From contig CM060734.1 of the NCBI GenBank assembly GCA_030704615.1, positions 61,194,001 to 61,258,000 on the forward strand: 64,000 nt of DNA. Reading direction: 5' to 3'. The notes beneath the pieces are model-generated. The model saw nothing but the letters and a program-made list of their open reading frames with translations. It searched no databases and was not told the origin of the DNA. The position numbers were made by a program, and so were the translations under genes. Origin of the DNA: Takakia lepidozioides. Taxonomy: Eukaryota; Plantae; Bryophyta. The stretch's first letter is position 1, and every line of letters starts with the position of its first letter. Below, piece after piece: positions 1 to 13,616 of the stretch.

Positions 1-3000
1 ATTCGCATTTTTGATCTTAAACTCTTGGACAGCTCCTCCTCTGCACTAACCTGGTTGTCTGGAAAGAACATTCCAGAGGGTTTTGGAGATGTGGGGAACA
101 GAAAATTCTTGGCTTCAATTTATGGAGCAGAAATGGAGATTGTAGAGGAGTTCCATTACTCCCAAAGGAATCTCCCCTCGGAGGACGAACCTCCATCAAG
201 TGACAAGTTCTTCACCATTATGGATCTGGCCACCACTGCCCTATCCCCGGTGAGCTCGAATAATCTCTGCTGCTCTCACTCGCTTCTCTCTCTCCCCCCC
301 ACTTCTTTCTCTTCCCTCTTTATGAGACCTATCTACGGTTATAAAACCAAGCTTCATATGTGTTGCAGTTCTCCCTCTTGGACTAGTCTATTCCTCCCCA
401 CTATTGTCATCCCTGCTTGTGGACAGTTGCTATGCCCTGTTTCTTCCCTCTCTTGCAAAGTTAAAGGGCTTTTCTTGGTCAAACTCTGGTTGGACTCTCT
501 CATTTCTGCAATTCCCTTTCTTCATCTCTAGCTTTCCCTGGCTCTATTTGATCAGCCATCAATTCGTTGGATCTCACCAACGGGTTGGGAAAAATTCCCC
601 ACATGACCTGGTCCCTATTCTCTTGGAACATACGTGGTTTAGGCTCGGATACCACTATGCCTAAAAGACGACGAGTAAAATTGTGGGCTTCTTCCCTTAT
701 GTCTACTTCGGCTATCATTTTTCTCCAAGAAACTAAGTTAGATGATGTTAAGATCAGATCCATTGGAAACAGCTTCTGGCCTTCGCAGGTTGCATGGTGG
801 AACCCCACTATTTCCTCCTCTCGTGGAGGAACGGCGATCCTAGTATCTCCGACCATTGCTGGTTCAATAAACAATGTAGAAATCTGGATCCAGGGTCGTG
901 TCCAATGCCTTTTCACGGACTCCTCCTCTCCCTTTGGCCCCACTGCTTTCATAAATGTGTATGCGCCGAATCTATCTCAGGAAAGAGATGTTCTCTGGGA
1001 TGCTATCAGAGATAAAATTACCAGTTTTCCCAATGTTCAGAATTGGGTCCTAGCTGGGGATTTTAACATGGTGGATAATTATAATGATAGGCTGCAGCAC
1101 GCCTCACATTTTTTGTCTGATGACGAGCAAGTTGCTTGGGATATGTTATGTTTCTCAGTTGGATTGGTGGATATCCTTTCAGACTCCTCCTCTGGATTAA
1201 GATTCACGTGGTCCAATTTGAGGAATCCTCCCGACCTTTGTATGGCTCGGCTGGACATAATTTACTGTTCTCAGTCCCCCCTGGCCTGGTCTAAAGCTAT
1301 GGCTCAGACCCCTATACTAGCGGACTTTGATCATGCCATGGTTGCTGCGGAGTTCTATCCACCTGGACTGCATGCTAGAGGTCGAGGTTATTTTAAACTC
1401 AACCCAAGCATTCTGAAAAAACAAGACTGGCTGCAGAAGCGGAAAAAAGAACGGATGGAAGCAGGGGCTGGGTTTCACTCCCCCTCCATTTCCTTTTTAA
1501 ATAAACTTCAGGCTACACGCAGATTGGCTCAAGACCTTTCCCGCTCTGTTGCTGCTGAAAGAACACAACATCATAAGGCATTAACTAAATGCCTGTTACA
1601 TTGCCAAAAAAGAATTGAAGGGGGGAATCATGGTGTAATTACAATGGAATCCTATCTTGCAGCTAAACGTAATTTGGCAGTATTGGATGTTGAAAAGGAG
1701 GATTTCCTTCGTATTAGAGCGGGAGTAAATTGGACGTTGAAGGGGGAGAAGATGACTGGTTATTTCTTCCAGAAAGCAAAACAGCGAAGGGAAACAACGC
1801 ACTTTCACGCGATTACAAACCCCAGCGGGATGACCTTCTCCCAACCCAAGGAGATGGCTGCAGCAGGTGCAGACCACTTTGCCAAGCTCTTTTCTGCTTC
1901 TCAAGAGGGAAATAACCTGCTGGAATTTCGTTCTGAGGTTATCCAATCCTTCCCAAGCCTTGTCTTTGTTGACGAGCAGAATGCCCTTGCTGTTCCCTTT
2001 CTTTCTGATGAGTTGTTGAACGCTGCAGAAGCGTTGAATACGTTTAAGACTCCAAGGCTAGATGGACTGCCTGTGGAATTCTTCACTGCCTTGTGGGAAG
2101 AGGCGGGGGAAGACTTTACGCGAATGGCCAATGATATTTTATCTAAGGGGATCATGCCTTCGCATCTGGCGCAGGGAGTCGTCACCCTGGTTCATAAAAA
2201 AGGTAACTGAGAACTTCTTTCAAACTATAGACCTATCACCTTGCTGAACTCTACTTACAAAATAATTGCAAAGGCTCTCGCTCGCCGTTTGCAACCCTTG
2301 CTGCAAAAGTTAAATCAGACCAGAGCAGTCAGGGTTCCTGAAAAACAGAATGATCCTTGATAACATTCTTCTTACAAATGAGGCACTACATCTGGCTCGC
2401 ATTGATAACCAGCCTATAGCTCTGTTAATGTTGGACTTTGAAAATGCCTTTGATAATATTAATTGGGACTATCTTTTGAAAGCCTAGAAGCGGTTGGGAT
2501 CAAAGAGAACTTCCTTAAGTGGATTCAAATCCTTCTTTCTGCAGCTTCCAGTAGAGTGATGGTCAATGGCATGGTCTCCAAACCCTTCCCTCTGTTCAAA
2601 TCTGTAAGACAAGGGTGTCCGCTGTCCCCCTTTCTCTTTCTTATAGCAGCAGATGGTTTGGGTCACTTACTGGATAAGAGAAAAGACACCTTGGGTCTGG
2701 TTATTCCTAATTCCCCTAATGACTTTTCCTCTTCCATTCGCTCTTCGCTATATGCTGATGACACATCATTGTTCATTAACAACTCTTCTCTTTCCAATGT
2801 CCATGCGGCTCTCAACTCGTTGAAGGCATTCTGTGCAGCCTCGGGTCTCAAAATCAATTGGAATAAATCTGTTGGTTTATTAAATCGACTGGCAGACCCA
2901 TCTGTTGCAGCTCACACTGCCGCATGGGGCATTGAATTTGGCTTGAGATGGCTATCGGATGGGGAATTGCACGAGCTCTTAGGTCAGTTGGTGGGAACTG

Positions 3001-5310
3001 ATCTCTCAGATGATACCAGGTTTGCTGCTGTCCTTACAAAACTTAAAATGAAGCTTGCACATTGGTGTTCCTTGCATCTGTCGCTCGTGGGTAGAGCTTT
3101 AATTGTTAACCAAGTGCTCTTGGCTTCACTGTGGTTTTTGGCTTCGGTTTGGTCGCCAGGAGCTCTCATAATAAGAAAGGTAAAATCCCTCATGAGGAAC
3201 TTTATTTGGGGTGCTACTCCCGCTGCCTCATCCAAAAGAGCCTTGGTAAGCTGGGACCAGCTTACTCAAAGCAAAAAAAATGGGGGTCTTGGGGTGCTAG
3301 ACCCCCAAACGCAAATCACTGCTTTGCTTGCCAAATGGGTTTCCCGTGCACTTACTCACCTTTCAAGCCCTTGGAGTCGGCTAGTTGGACTCAACTTTCT
3401 GGCTGCCACCCCTCGTTCCAGTGATAAATGGGCTCATTCACTTAGGTGGATCATGCAAGGTGGGAAGCTCAATGAAAACCCTGGGTTGGGTTCAAGGGCG
3501 TGGCAGTCAATCTAGATGGCATGGTGCAAATTGCGTCCCTTCCTGGTTCAGCTAAGTCCCTCTTCTTTTAGCCAGGTGTTGAGACAACCTCTCTTTGGGA
3601 ATTATAACCGGGATAAAGAAGCTCTGATTCCTTGTTCTAAACGATGGGCGGAATGGGAAGCTGCAGGTTTAGCCCATATTATTCATTTATGGGATGACAG
3701 CTCCTTGTCCCTTATCTCTTTTGAATCTGCTGCGAAGCAACTGTCCAAGCAAAGAGTTAATGCTGGCTGGAATGCAGTTATGGGAGATCTCCCTGACAAC
3801 TGGACAAGAATACTGGCTGAACCTCACCTGCAGCCTCTTCCCGGTTGGTTGGGGTATTGTATGGATTCCCAACCCAAGGCCATTTATGCTATTGCACAGG
3901 ATAGCTTTGGTCTACATGGCACTGGTTTTGAGGTGAGTAAAGATGGTAACCTTCTCCTTTCAAAGTCAGTGAGTATTCCACAAGGCTGCAATTGCTTTGA
4001 AATCAGAGTTTTTTGTAAACTCTCAGGCAACCCCAACCCATTGCCTCCGATGGATTTGAAACAGTATGGTGAGAATTTCCGCTGGTTTTTATCAGCCCCC
4101 TTTAAGCTGCTACAGTTTGACCCTGGGGAGTGGATATGGATGAATAAAGGACATGATCCCTTCTTCAAATATTCAATTAAGCTGGGGTACAAGTTGTTGA
4201 TGCCTAAAAGAGGTTTTGACCGTAAGTGGTCTTTAAAGTGGCTACATCTGCTTGGACCTGCGGTGCCGTGGAAACTAGTTTGGGGAGACATCTGGAAAAA
4301 ACACAGATATGCTAAGATAACGACTTTCCTGTGGAAGGTGTTTAACAGAATCTTGCCAGTGGCAGCTAACTTTGAAGATTCACCTTCGCAATGTGTTTCT
4401 TGCAATCTGGCCGCTAATGAAGATTTGGAACATGCCTTGGTGTTGTGCCCTTTTGCTCGAGTTGTTTGGGACAAGGCCCTTTCTCTATACGCTTTCTGGT
4501 CTTCTGACTTGGATTCATCTCCTTTGGTTTTACTGCTTAATGTTAAGAATGGCAGAATGCACTCTTCTTGTCCAGTGTGGGAATCTCTCAGGGGGATAAT
4601 CCTTTGGCAGTTGTAGAAAATGAGGTGTTGTGTGGTATATCAGAAAGAGAGGCCGTGTGTGCAGAAACTTCTTTATCTGGCTCACTCAGACCTTAGGTCT
4701 GAGGCTCGCAAAGCATGGTCTGTTTTGCTGGCAGCTCTTTCCAAGTGTCACAACAATCGAAGACCCCAGCTCTTTGCCAAATTCGACGAATCTTGGGGGA
4801 AGGACTTTGTTTTCTACAGGAGAATTGAAGACACAAGAATTGTGTGGGAAGACTCCCCCCCTGCCTGTTGGAAGCTCAACTAGTACGAAACAGACTCCGC
4901 TGGAGAACGAAGACATGGAAATAAATTGGAGACACAAACGTAGTGGCTCTAGGAAAGCAAAAGCAAAGGCACAGCTTACTTATGAGGGTCCTAAGAGGAA
5001 ACGAGGCAGTATGTAGGATGTTTTCTGGCAGACTAGGTCCTGCTCTCCTTCTTCTTGCTGGACAGGTTCATCTCTGTAGAGTGGACAATTCAGCGCTATC
5101 CTTTCTCCTCACTTCTCCCTGTTTTCAACTATGTTAGTAATTCCTACTTAGTCTAGATTCATCTTCCTTGATTTCTGTAATGTTGGTTCTGAGTGGTACC
5201 TATGTAATCTGCCTTATGGCTCTCTGTAAGGTTATTTTTTCCTTACCTCTTCTTCAATAAATTTGTAGGGGCTACAATTTTCCCGTTGAAAAAAGAAAAA
5301 AAGAAAAAAA
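1..5310 (+). mobile_element. L1-clade LINE retrotransposon, degenerate, 5' end outside the window
   Basis: ORF2 remnants with endonuclease, RT and zf-RVT domains, followed by a 3' UTR with AATAAA (~5256) and an A-rich tail at 5289-5310. Confidence 0.93.
603..4883 (+). pseudogene. LINE ORF2 (APE endonuclease + reverse transcriptase + zf-RVT), disrupted
   Basis: Endonuclease motifs SWNIRGLG, FLQETK, VLAGDFN, ARLD, DFDH. RT motifs RPITLLNSTYKIIAK, SVRQGCPLSP, YADD, SGLKINWNKS. C-terminal CxxC..EDLEH..C. In-frame stops at 2208, 3513 and 4614; frameshifts at about 2320-2460. Confidence 0.92.
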
Positions 5311-5802
5311 GGTAGTTTTCCCGAATTGCGGGCTGGTAAAATCCGTGGGGAAAAAAAGCAAAAAAGAAACAAAAATCGGGCCCAGGAAGTGACCGGTGAT
5401 AGACGGTTGCCCGCATTGATTTCAACTGAGATTCTGTGACAGTGAGAATAGCATTTATTTACTTAAGACAAATAGTACTTGTTTTATCATTTACGGTACA
5501 TAGTTTCAGTTGGATGGTACTACAATAATGTGCCATCTTAATAAAGTATTTGAATTTTGGGGGACCCGTCCCTCAAAAACAAATAATAGAGTAATGTGAA
5601 GGAATTTCACATAAGGTGACCGGGAGCGGTGGTGCAAGAAGACGGGCGATAGGCGGTGAGCAGAGCTTGTGGAGAGGCAGCCGAGCTTGGGAGCTATGGC
5701 GGGCCCGGTGCATGCGTGGGGAGGCAGCGAGCGAGAAGCTGACAGCGAGGAGGACAGACGAAGACGAAGAGCGCGTGAGAGCGGGATGCACAGGCATTCG
5801 CG

Positions 5803-8800
5803 ATGGCATCGGGTAGCAGCGCTGGATTCATGAGGTCCAGCAGGGCGCAGCAGGCGCGCGGCAGCATCACCAGCCTCTTCATGCTCATGCTCTCCTTCTT
5901 CGCCTGCTTCTACACTGCCGGCCGGTGCTTCTCTCACCTGCATGTGTGTGTGGAACCTCTATCGATCTTTCTTGCTCGAGGATTTCTCAGAGATCCCCCA
6001 GCTCAAGCGGTTCTGTGTGACCGTGCTATCTGAAGTTATTGCTGATCAGTGGTTGCATGCATGGGCGTCGTAATCATCTTATCCACTTATTCTGTGGTGG
6101 TACTGATGGATCGATCCGAAACTTGTTAGTTATCCGGGTTTCGATCACTAAAATTTTCAACCCCGATGCCAATTCTGGAGTTGAGAGAGAAAGAATTCTG
6201 GGGTCTATGGGCTTACATTCTTGTAGGAACATGATTTTTCATTTGCTGTTAAGTGTCGTAATTGATGTTGTCAAAGTTCTTGGAACGTGCATATTTGGGA
6301 AACCGCATTCTTTTCTGGATGCTATGTTCCCTCGCCACCCTGATCACGGTTGAACGAAATTTACAAATTATGAGGTGCGCACCCCTGAAATCGGGTAGAG
6401 AAAGAAGAGAGAAGATTATACATGGACACATTGGAAATTTGGTTTTAGTCATTTTCCGAGGTAAGTGTCAAAAACAAGCGGAGGCACTACCTTCTCTGTG
6501 CATGCTCCCCAATTGCCACAGTTGATTTACCATAGTTCTTTGCTTGGACGAAAGGTGTCCATATTCTTCACCAAGAAAACCAGGCCCTTGGGAACAATGT
6601 TAACTTATTAAGTTATTTTGTGCAAGCCAGGGCCTTACAAATTTCCATCCGTTTTGGTCATACCACGACCAATTCCCCAAAGGAATTTGCAGTCTATTAT
6701 TCATATTCTTGAATATCATGCAATTCCTGTTTGCAAGGCCAAAAGAAAGCTTTCCCAGTGCTGTTGTAGAAGGAAGAAAGAGAAAACTTGGTGTACTCTG
6801 AGATGTACCCCCAGTTCCCAGCTACGGGGGCAGGTCTACTTCAGGTCTGCAGGCCAGTTGTCAGTTGGTCCTCTGGATTCTTTCACCTCTCTCACAACTA
6901 GGAATCCTTGATCTATCGACAGGTTTGTGGTGCTATAGTTAGAACAAGTCTGTATTGGTCGTCTGTATTGGAAATTTGAAGGACGAGTTTGTTCATTGAA
7001 GATTTATTCCCACAGCATCTGAGTTGACCATATTTTCCTTTGACCGTTTGATTGGTTACAGTATGTGTGCTGCTTCTTATACTTTTGTGGTGTTTGTGAT
7101 TGTGTGCCAGGTTATGGCAGGATGCGGAGATGAGATCAATTCTTGTTGGGCTCGCGGAGAAGCACAAGGGGCAGGTCTCTTTTTCTCCATATCCCTCTCT
7201 TTTTCTTCTCCTCCACACATTTGGGTGCTTAGTCCTTCCTCTCCCCTACCTCTATCTTCCAACAATTGATGTGCATGATAATGTCCGGGGTGGGAACTTC
7301 TCTTCCTACAATATCATGTAGCTCATAATCTTGGGTCACAGCTATGCTGCTTTCTGCAGCTATTTATCTGGGGTCATTGGCTCAGTTCTAGATATCTTCC
7401 ATTGTGATCTCAGGAGGGAGGATCATTGTCAGTTGATGAGACATTGAAGCTCCTGGACTGCAAGTAAGTGCTAACCTCTTGTTTGCATTCTCCTTACTCA
7501 TCTGAGACATGGAGAGGGTTAAGTGTCACTGCTATGGCACAACTTCATATGTAACTTCCATCATGCATGCATATGCCTTCTTCTGTGTCAGTAGTACATG
7601 AAGGATGCTGCTACTGTATGAATGCTGGAGTCAATTCCAGTAGCCTTAGAACTATCTCAAGGTATCCTGCCCATGCTTCACTGGAAGATCTTGTCAGTAA
7701 CTACATTGTAGACCTGCACACGTTCCAGTATGTCGGTGTTGCTCCAGTTCAAAGTTGTCACTAACACAGATTGCCGCTGTCATGCATTGGGGGCCAACAT
7801 GAAAATGCAGTGGTGCATGTTTTTGCACTATCTCCACACTGTGTTGATGAACTCATTATTTCGACATCTCTTCCTAACAACCCTACATCTCTTCAGACTC
7901 AGAGCACTTCCCTGGTTGTCTGGATATGAAAAGTATGTACAAGGTACTGTGTTGAGGAACTGTTGAGGAACCCGTTGAGAAACTGTGACACTGTACCCCA
8001 CTTTGCATGACAGAGGCAATCCATTCAACTAATGACTTTGAACTAGACCCACACACATAACTGCATTCATGTAAGCAGAGTTTGATCAGGAAGAAACTGT
8101 GAAATACAAGCCAAATTTTTATGCAGATGTGCATGAGACTAGTTCTTGTGACAAACTGGGATGGCAAGAGCTACCTGCATTCAAGTCTTGCAGGTTGATC
8201 CTGAAGCTTCTTTGCATTATATAACCCTTCATGGTACTTCGGCACAGGGATCAACAAAAGAGACTAGGAGAGTTAGAGATGCAGCTGGCAGCAGCCAAAA
8301 GCCAAGGTTATGTGTCCAAATATGGGCTTTCTGCCAACACAACAGTGACTGGCCACCGTTTCCATGCTGTTGTTGGCATCACCACTGGCTTTGCCGGCCG
8401 TTCTCGGCGAGATTCTATACGCAAAACATGGGTGCCCAGTGGTAACCTCTCTCCCTTCAACCGAGACTCCGTTACGGGGCCTATCTGTAACAAGCAAAGT
8501 CTGACGCGTACATTGCTTTGTCCCGCTTTCTTTCTTTCAATCCCTTGGAAGTCGTTCATTTATACAGGATCTTGCTTGGTAACTGAAGCAGCTGGCTTTT
8601 GCAGGTTCAGCACTAAAGAAACTTGAGGATGAAAAGGGTATTGTTGTTCGATTCGTGGTTGGACGAAGGTCTCTTTCTCTATCTGTCTGTTTATCTTGAT
8701 TGCATGCAAGGCCAATGAGCACATACATATATACCTTGATGAATAAATAAGTGGAAAAGATAATTCGTAAATATTTCCGACTTAGTGTCAGGTAGTTGAC

Positions 8801-11800
8801 CTCTCAGTTTAACTTTGACCGAATCCTAATATAATTGCAGTGCTAGTATCCTGACAGCAGAAGAGATAAGAATAGGGGTGAATTGCTTCCCATATATCCA
8901 GGTATCAACTGGTGAAACTATTGTATTTGTTGCCCAAAAGGTTAATTTAGAACTACCAGGCTGGCAAAGTTGTTCTCTGATATCTGAAGTTGAATTTCAA
9001 TCATGATATTCATGACATCAATCAGGTTTTGATAGTTATGACTGGGATAGCTCGCAAAACTTTAGTACTCTATTCTACATCACCATCCTAAGTTTAGATG
9101 AAGACAATGGTTGCAATCTCTTTGTGTCATACTCTGACCCTCACGAGTGTATATGATAAAGAGTACTGTCCAGGGATTTGTTATGCTCAATTATTGTTTT
9201 TGATTGCTGGGCAGTGCGAATAGAGGGGACATGTCTGACCGCCAAATTGATAAGGAGAGCAGTGAGACAAATGACTTCCTCGTCTTGGTAATCAACCTCC
9301 ACGTGCAAGATCTGACTTTTTCTTTTAACGTTGGGTGCTTTTGTGAGGGCCTGTTGATTAGGTACTAATGGCCAAACTGTATAGGCACATGATTAACAAG
9401 CTGCAGTTTTGAGTAGGGTATCATGTTTAACATGAAAACCACCTTTGTACACCTGGCCAGCCAGGAATTGGTGTGAGGAAACTGTCCTTCTACATACTAG
9501 TTGAAGAAGCTCCAGAAACTTGCTCACAAGGGAAGGGGAGCCAGCGGATATTTATTGCTGCTTGTGGCTCACCAGTGTGAACCTTCACCTGGGGGTTTAC
9601 CCCCTGTGTTACCAGATGGACAAGAGAAGTTAGGGAGTGGGAAGGGACTTTATACAGAAGAGAAAGAAAACCGAGGCAGCCCTAGGGCGTGCTGCTGAAA
9701 TATATGTAGACATGCAACTTCATCGGGCTGAATTAGTCAGGATTGACTTCCAGTAGGGTGCCTTGTCAAGATGCTACCTGTTGACCTTGTATGTCTAAGG
9801 TTCATGTTGATGCTTTTAACCACTGTAAACCTCTTGAATGTGTACAGAATGAGCATGTGGAAAGTGATGACTCGCTGCCACAAAAAACCAAGCTCTACTT
9901 CAGTACAGCGGTGGAAACATGGGATGCTGATTTCTACTTGAAGGTTGATGACAATGTATTTGTTAACATTGGTGAGCTTGTTTTATTGGGTACTTGATCA
10001 GTTGGTTTTGTACGCTCAGCATGATTTTTCATGCTATACCATTTCTTTGTTGGTTTTGATCAAACTGTTCTAGGGACTGTATGAGTTCCTCCACTTGAAG
10101 TGATCTAGATGCCTTGTTTACAGCCTACACTCAGATGTTGTGGAATAGCACTCCTGGGATGAGAGTACATTCCAGTTGGGCATTTAATAGTGTTCACTGG
10201 TGCCTCAGAGATCATGATTGACTAGTGTACACTCTTCTTGAGAAACTGGAATGGCCTTGGCATTGGACATTCTAATCTCAAGACTTCGAAGGGACTAAGG
10301 TCCTGTAGCTCTGAAGGGTGTACAAAAAGGCAACCCATTCAGGGGATCTAATGGGAACAACCTATTTGTGTGTGTGGGCATAGAGCAGACAAGTTGGGGA
10401 CGATGCTGGCCAGCCATTGGGATAAGCCTCGCGTATATGTGGGCTGTATGAAGTCGGGGGAGGTTGTCAGTGACTCGTGAGTTCTGCCCTTCCAGTCATG
10501 ACACCAAGAGGTTTACTTGTCCACTGCATGTTTGCTGGTTAACAGGTTTGTACCTGTGTACGGGAGAAGCAGTGTAACAATACAACATGTTGATTGGAAT
10601 GCACTGTGCCGGTGCAGGAATGCTCAATGGTACGAACCTGAGTGGTGGAAATTTGGGGAGCAAAAATCCGAGTAAGCCTTTCCTCTTGATTTTCTTTATT
10701 AAGCACTGATGCCTTTGCAGATACTTGCATACACTGCCATAGTTCACCATGGAAGACAGACCAAAAGACTGGCAGGTGAAAATCATTTTATTGCATTGTT
10801 TTGTGGCAAGGAAGTTGAGAATGGTTGAATTATGAAGGCTTGAGCATTGCATGTGCGCATTCTGGTTGAACTGTCAGTTGGCTGCTTACCTGATTATTAT
10901 GCACAAATACCTTCTATTTAGTGCTAGTGTCCCTGCAGGTATTATCGGCATGCGGCTGGTCAAATATATGCGCTGTCCAGAGCATTAGCTCAATACATCT
11001 CCATCAATAGGTACAAATTTTATGAAACTGGAACTGTCTTCTGCTAAGTTCTGCTCCATTACAACTCGTCTTGGTTGGGTTTGAGTGTTGCTGATTAATC
11101 TTGTTGGATCCCTGTTTGTATCTTGCAGCGCCTCTTTGCATGAATACAGAAATGAGGATGTGTCAGTTGGGGCCTGGATGCTTGGGCTGGATGTAGAGAA
11201 TGTTGATGAGCGCAATCTTTGTTGCTCGGCCACCACTGGTCTCTCTCTTACCCTACCTCCCTCTGCCTGAGTGGCAGTCATTCCATGCTGATCTTTGTAT
11301 TGGCATATAGAATTGTTTGACTAGGTTCAAAACGTTTAGTGATAGACTGAAGTTTCAGATGCAACTTGTATACACAGCCCAGTATAGACAACCATCACAA
11401 ATCTCCTTCCAATCTGCAATGGCTTTCCCATTGCAGGTTCGAAGGTCAGAGAACCTGTTAGACATTCCTTGCTATGATAGGCATACCACAAGTCTGCTTT
11501 GACTGCAAATTTTGTTGTCTTCAGTTGGGGATGTTCTGACGCCATGACTAGCTTCCTCATGCTGGCTGCTCACATAATGTGCTCTAATTGGTTGCCTTTT
11601 GCTGTTTGGAGGCTGGGAATTCCTTACAGGTGGGATCTGTGCAACTCGGCCATGGTTAGTCTGTTATACCATGTGTTACCCCCACCCAAACTTTTTTAAT
11701 GAGAGAACCTTTAGCGTTATGTTGCTGTCACCTGCTCTTTCTGGATTCTTGTAGGTTCTTCACATCCAGTTGATTGTTTCCATGCTTGATGTACTAGTCC

Positions 11801-11832
11801 TCTGATCAGCTATACTCATTATTTGGTGCAGA
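5803..11832 (+). CDS. HPGT: Hydroxyproline O-galactosyltransferase (GT31/B3GALT family, HPGT1-3-like)
   Basis: GT-AG exons with consistent phases: 5803-5924, 7111-7174, 7414-7463, 8248-8441, 8605-8668, 9215-9287, 9848-9971, 10389-10476, 10618-10671, 10939-11010, 11129-11238, 11630-11654 (stop probably TG|A at 11832). Product has a type [78 protein letters not shown]. The 3' end is less certain. Confidence 0.9.
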
Positions 11833-13616
11833 TTGACTGGGAGATTGGAACACAAGCATCAGGCAGAGCGACCCATAGGGAATGACCTCAGCCACTGTTT
11901 TCAAATGGTATGGCTAAAAGAGGTGGTGGCATTTGTCTTGACAACCACAGATGCAGTGATTTGAGTGCCCTTATCCATTGTAAAGCTTATGGCCATAGGG
12001 AGACCCTGTTTGAGCAACCGCATGAAGAAAATATCTTTGACACAGGTCGTAGGCAACAGTCACAGCAACCATATGACACCAAAAGTTTTTTTTTCTGTAG
12101 CAAATGAGTTACTAGGTAGGTTGGCATAGCCCTTGATGGCATAGCCTCCTCGTGATACCATACATCTCAGAGACAGAAGATTCATTTTCAGGGTTTTGTA
12201 GTTGTGGGCATAGAAAGAGCAAAGCCTCAATGTGCCACTGAGCACGGAAAACAACATTGGTGTTGCAGTTACAGCCAAATTGTTCCATACACAGTTATAG
12301 TGGTTGAGTTTTCCCCTCACACCACTTCAGTAAATGTATATCTCATTCCAAGGGTATCTTTGGTACAAAAAGTGAAGTCTTGGATGTCTCTGACCATGAT
12401 CCCTGGAGATTTTCAGCAGTAAATTAATGGGCATTGCTCTTTCCATGTAGATATTCCCTCTCAAGGGAGATGTGCAGACAACTAGTGAGTACATGTACTG
12501 AGATCCAGCCCTAGGCGCTTGCCGCAGATCCTGTTCAATGCATTTGACCTATCAGAAGTTCCACATATGAAAAGAATGCTTACTAGTGTTTTAAGTGGGT
12601 GTCCTGCAGCAGATTGTCTGTTCTCTAGCAGAATGTGTGTTCCGCTGGAAAGATACATTTGAGATGGGTTTGTTTCTGATTCACATACAACAGATAAAAG
12701 TCAAGTTTGTTTACCATCTGGCACATTTAAGAGATCATACTGCTCTCTGTGCACAGCCTGAAGATGGCTAAAGACAAGTGGAATCTCTTATTTTTCTGGA
12801 GTAACTCGCCCTAGTTATGACTTTCCAAATTAATCCAATACATTCTCAAGGCTATATATACTGGGTCAGACTTTGGATTCATTCCCATGTCCCCATGTGA
12901 ATATTTTTTCTCAGCCTGAGCTGGCATCTGCTCACCTTTGCAGCTGACTGCAGAAGCATCTGATGTCTAGCTGTCTCAGGGTAAGGGGCCTTGTATATAC
13001 TAGTAGCTGCTGATGTCAGAAGAGCCCGGTGTGGATAGCTGAGGTTCCACTGCGAGTTGATAGGGCCAAAGAATAAACATGCTGCTGGGCCAAAGAAAAC
13101 ACACGGACCCCTATCTAGAGACATGCTTTGGACTCCTCTGTTCTTTCACCGATGGTGACCAAAGAGGAACAGCTGCATAAATTCTGTGAGGAGCAATACG
13201 CCTCTGTCACACATGCACCTCCTTGCGCAGTCTACAAAGGGCCTATTTATGCAATACTCTATATAAGTCAATTGACAAGTACACCTCAAATGACTTGGGA
13301 GTTTCCATCATCAGGGCTCCCTTGACCAACATACCCATTAAAGAACAAAATCGATTCTCCCACATAGCACCCTCCCACAAGAACCTACTTCAATTTACTA
13401 GACACAGAAAAGAAAGAGTAGTATGCAAGCCTGAGTGAATGAAATCCTCAACTTTCTTGTGAAATTCATCACACAATACTCTACAGAGATGTGCCAACCA
13501 AAGGCAACCAAGCACCTGCTCACTGTTTCCCCCTGCAAATCCCTACTCTGCCGAAAGTAAAAAGGGCACAATTGGGGCAGACAGAAGACTTGTGGTCCTT
13601 GGGCCGCTACATTGCT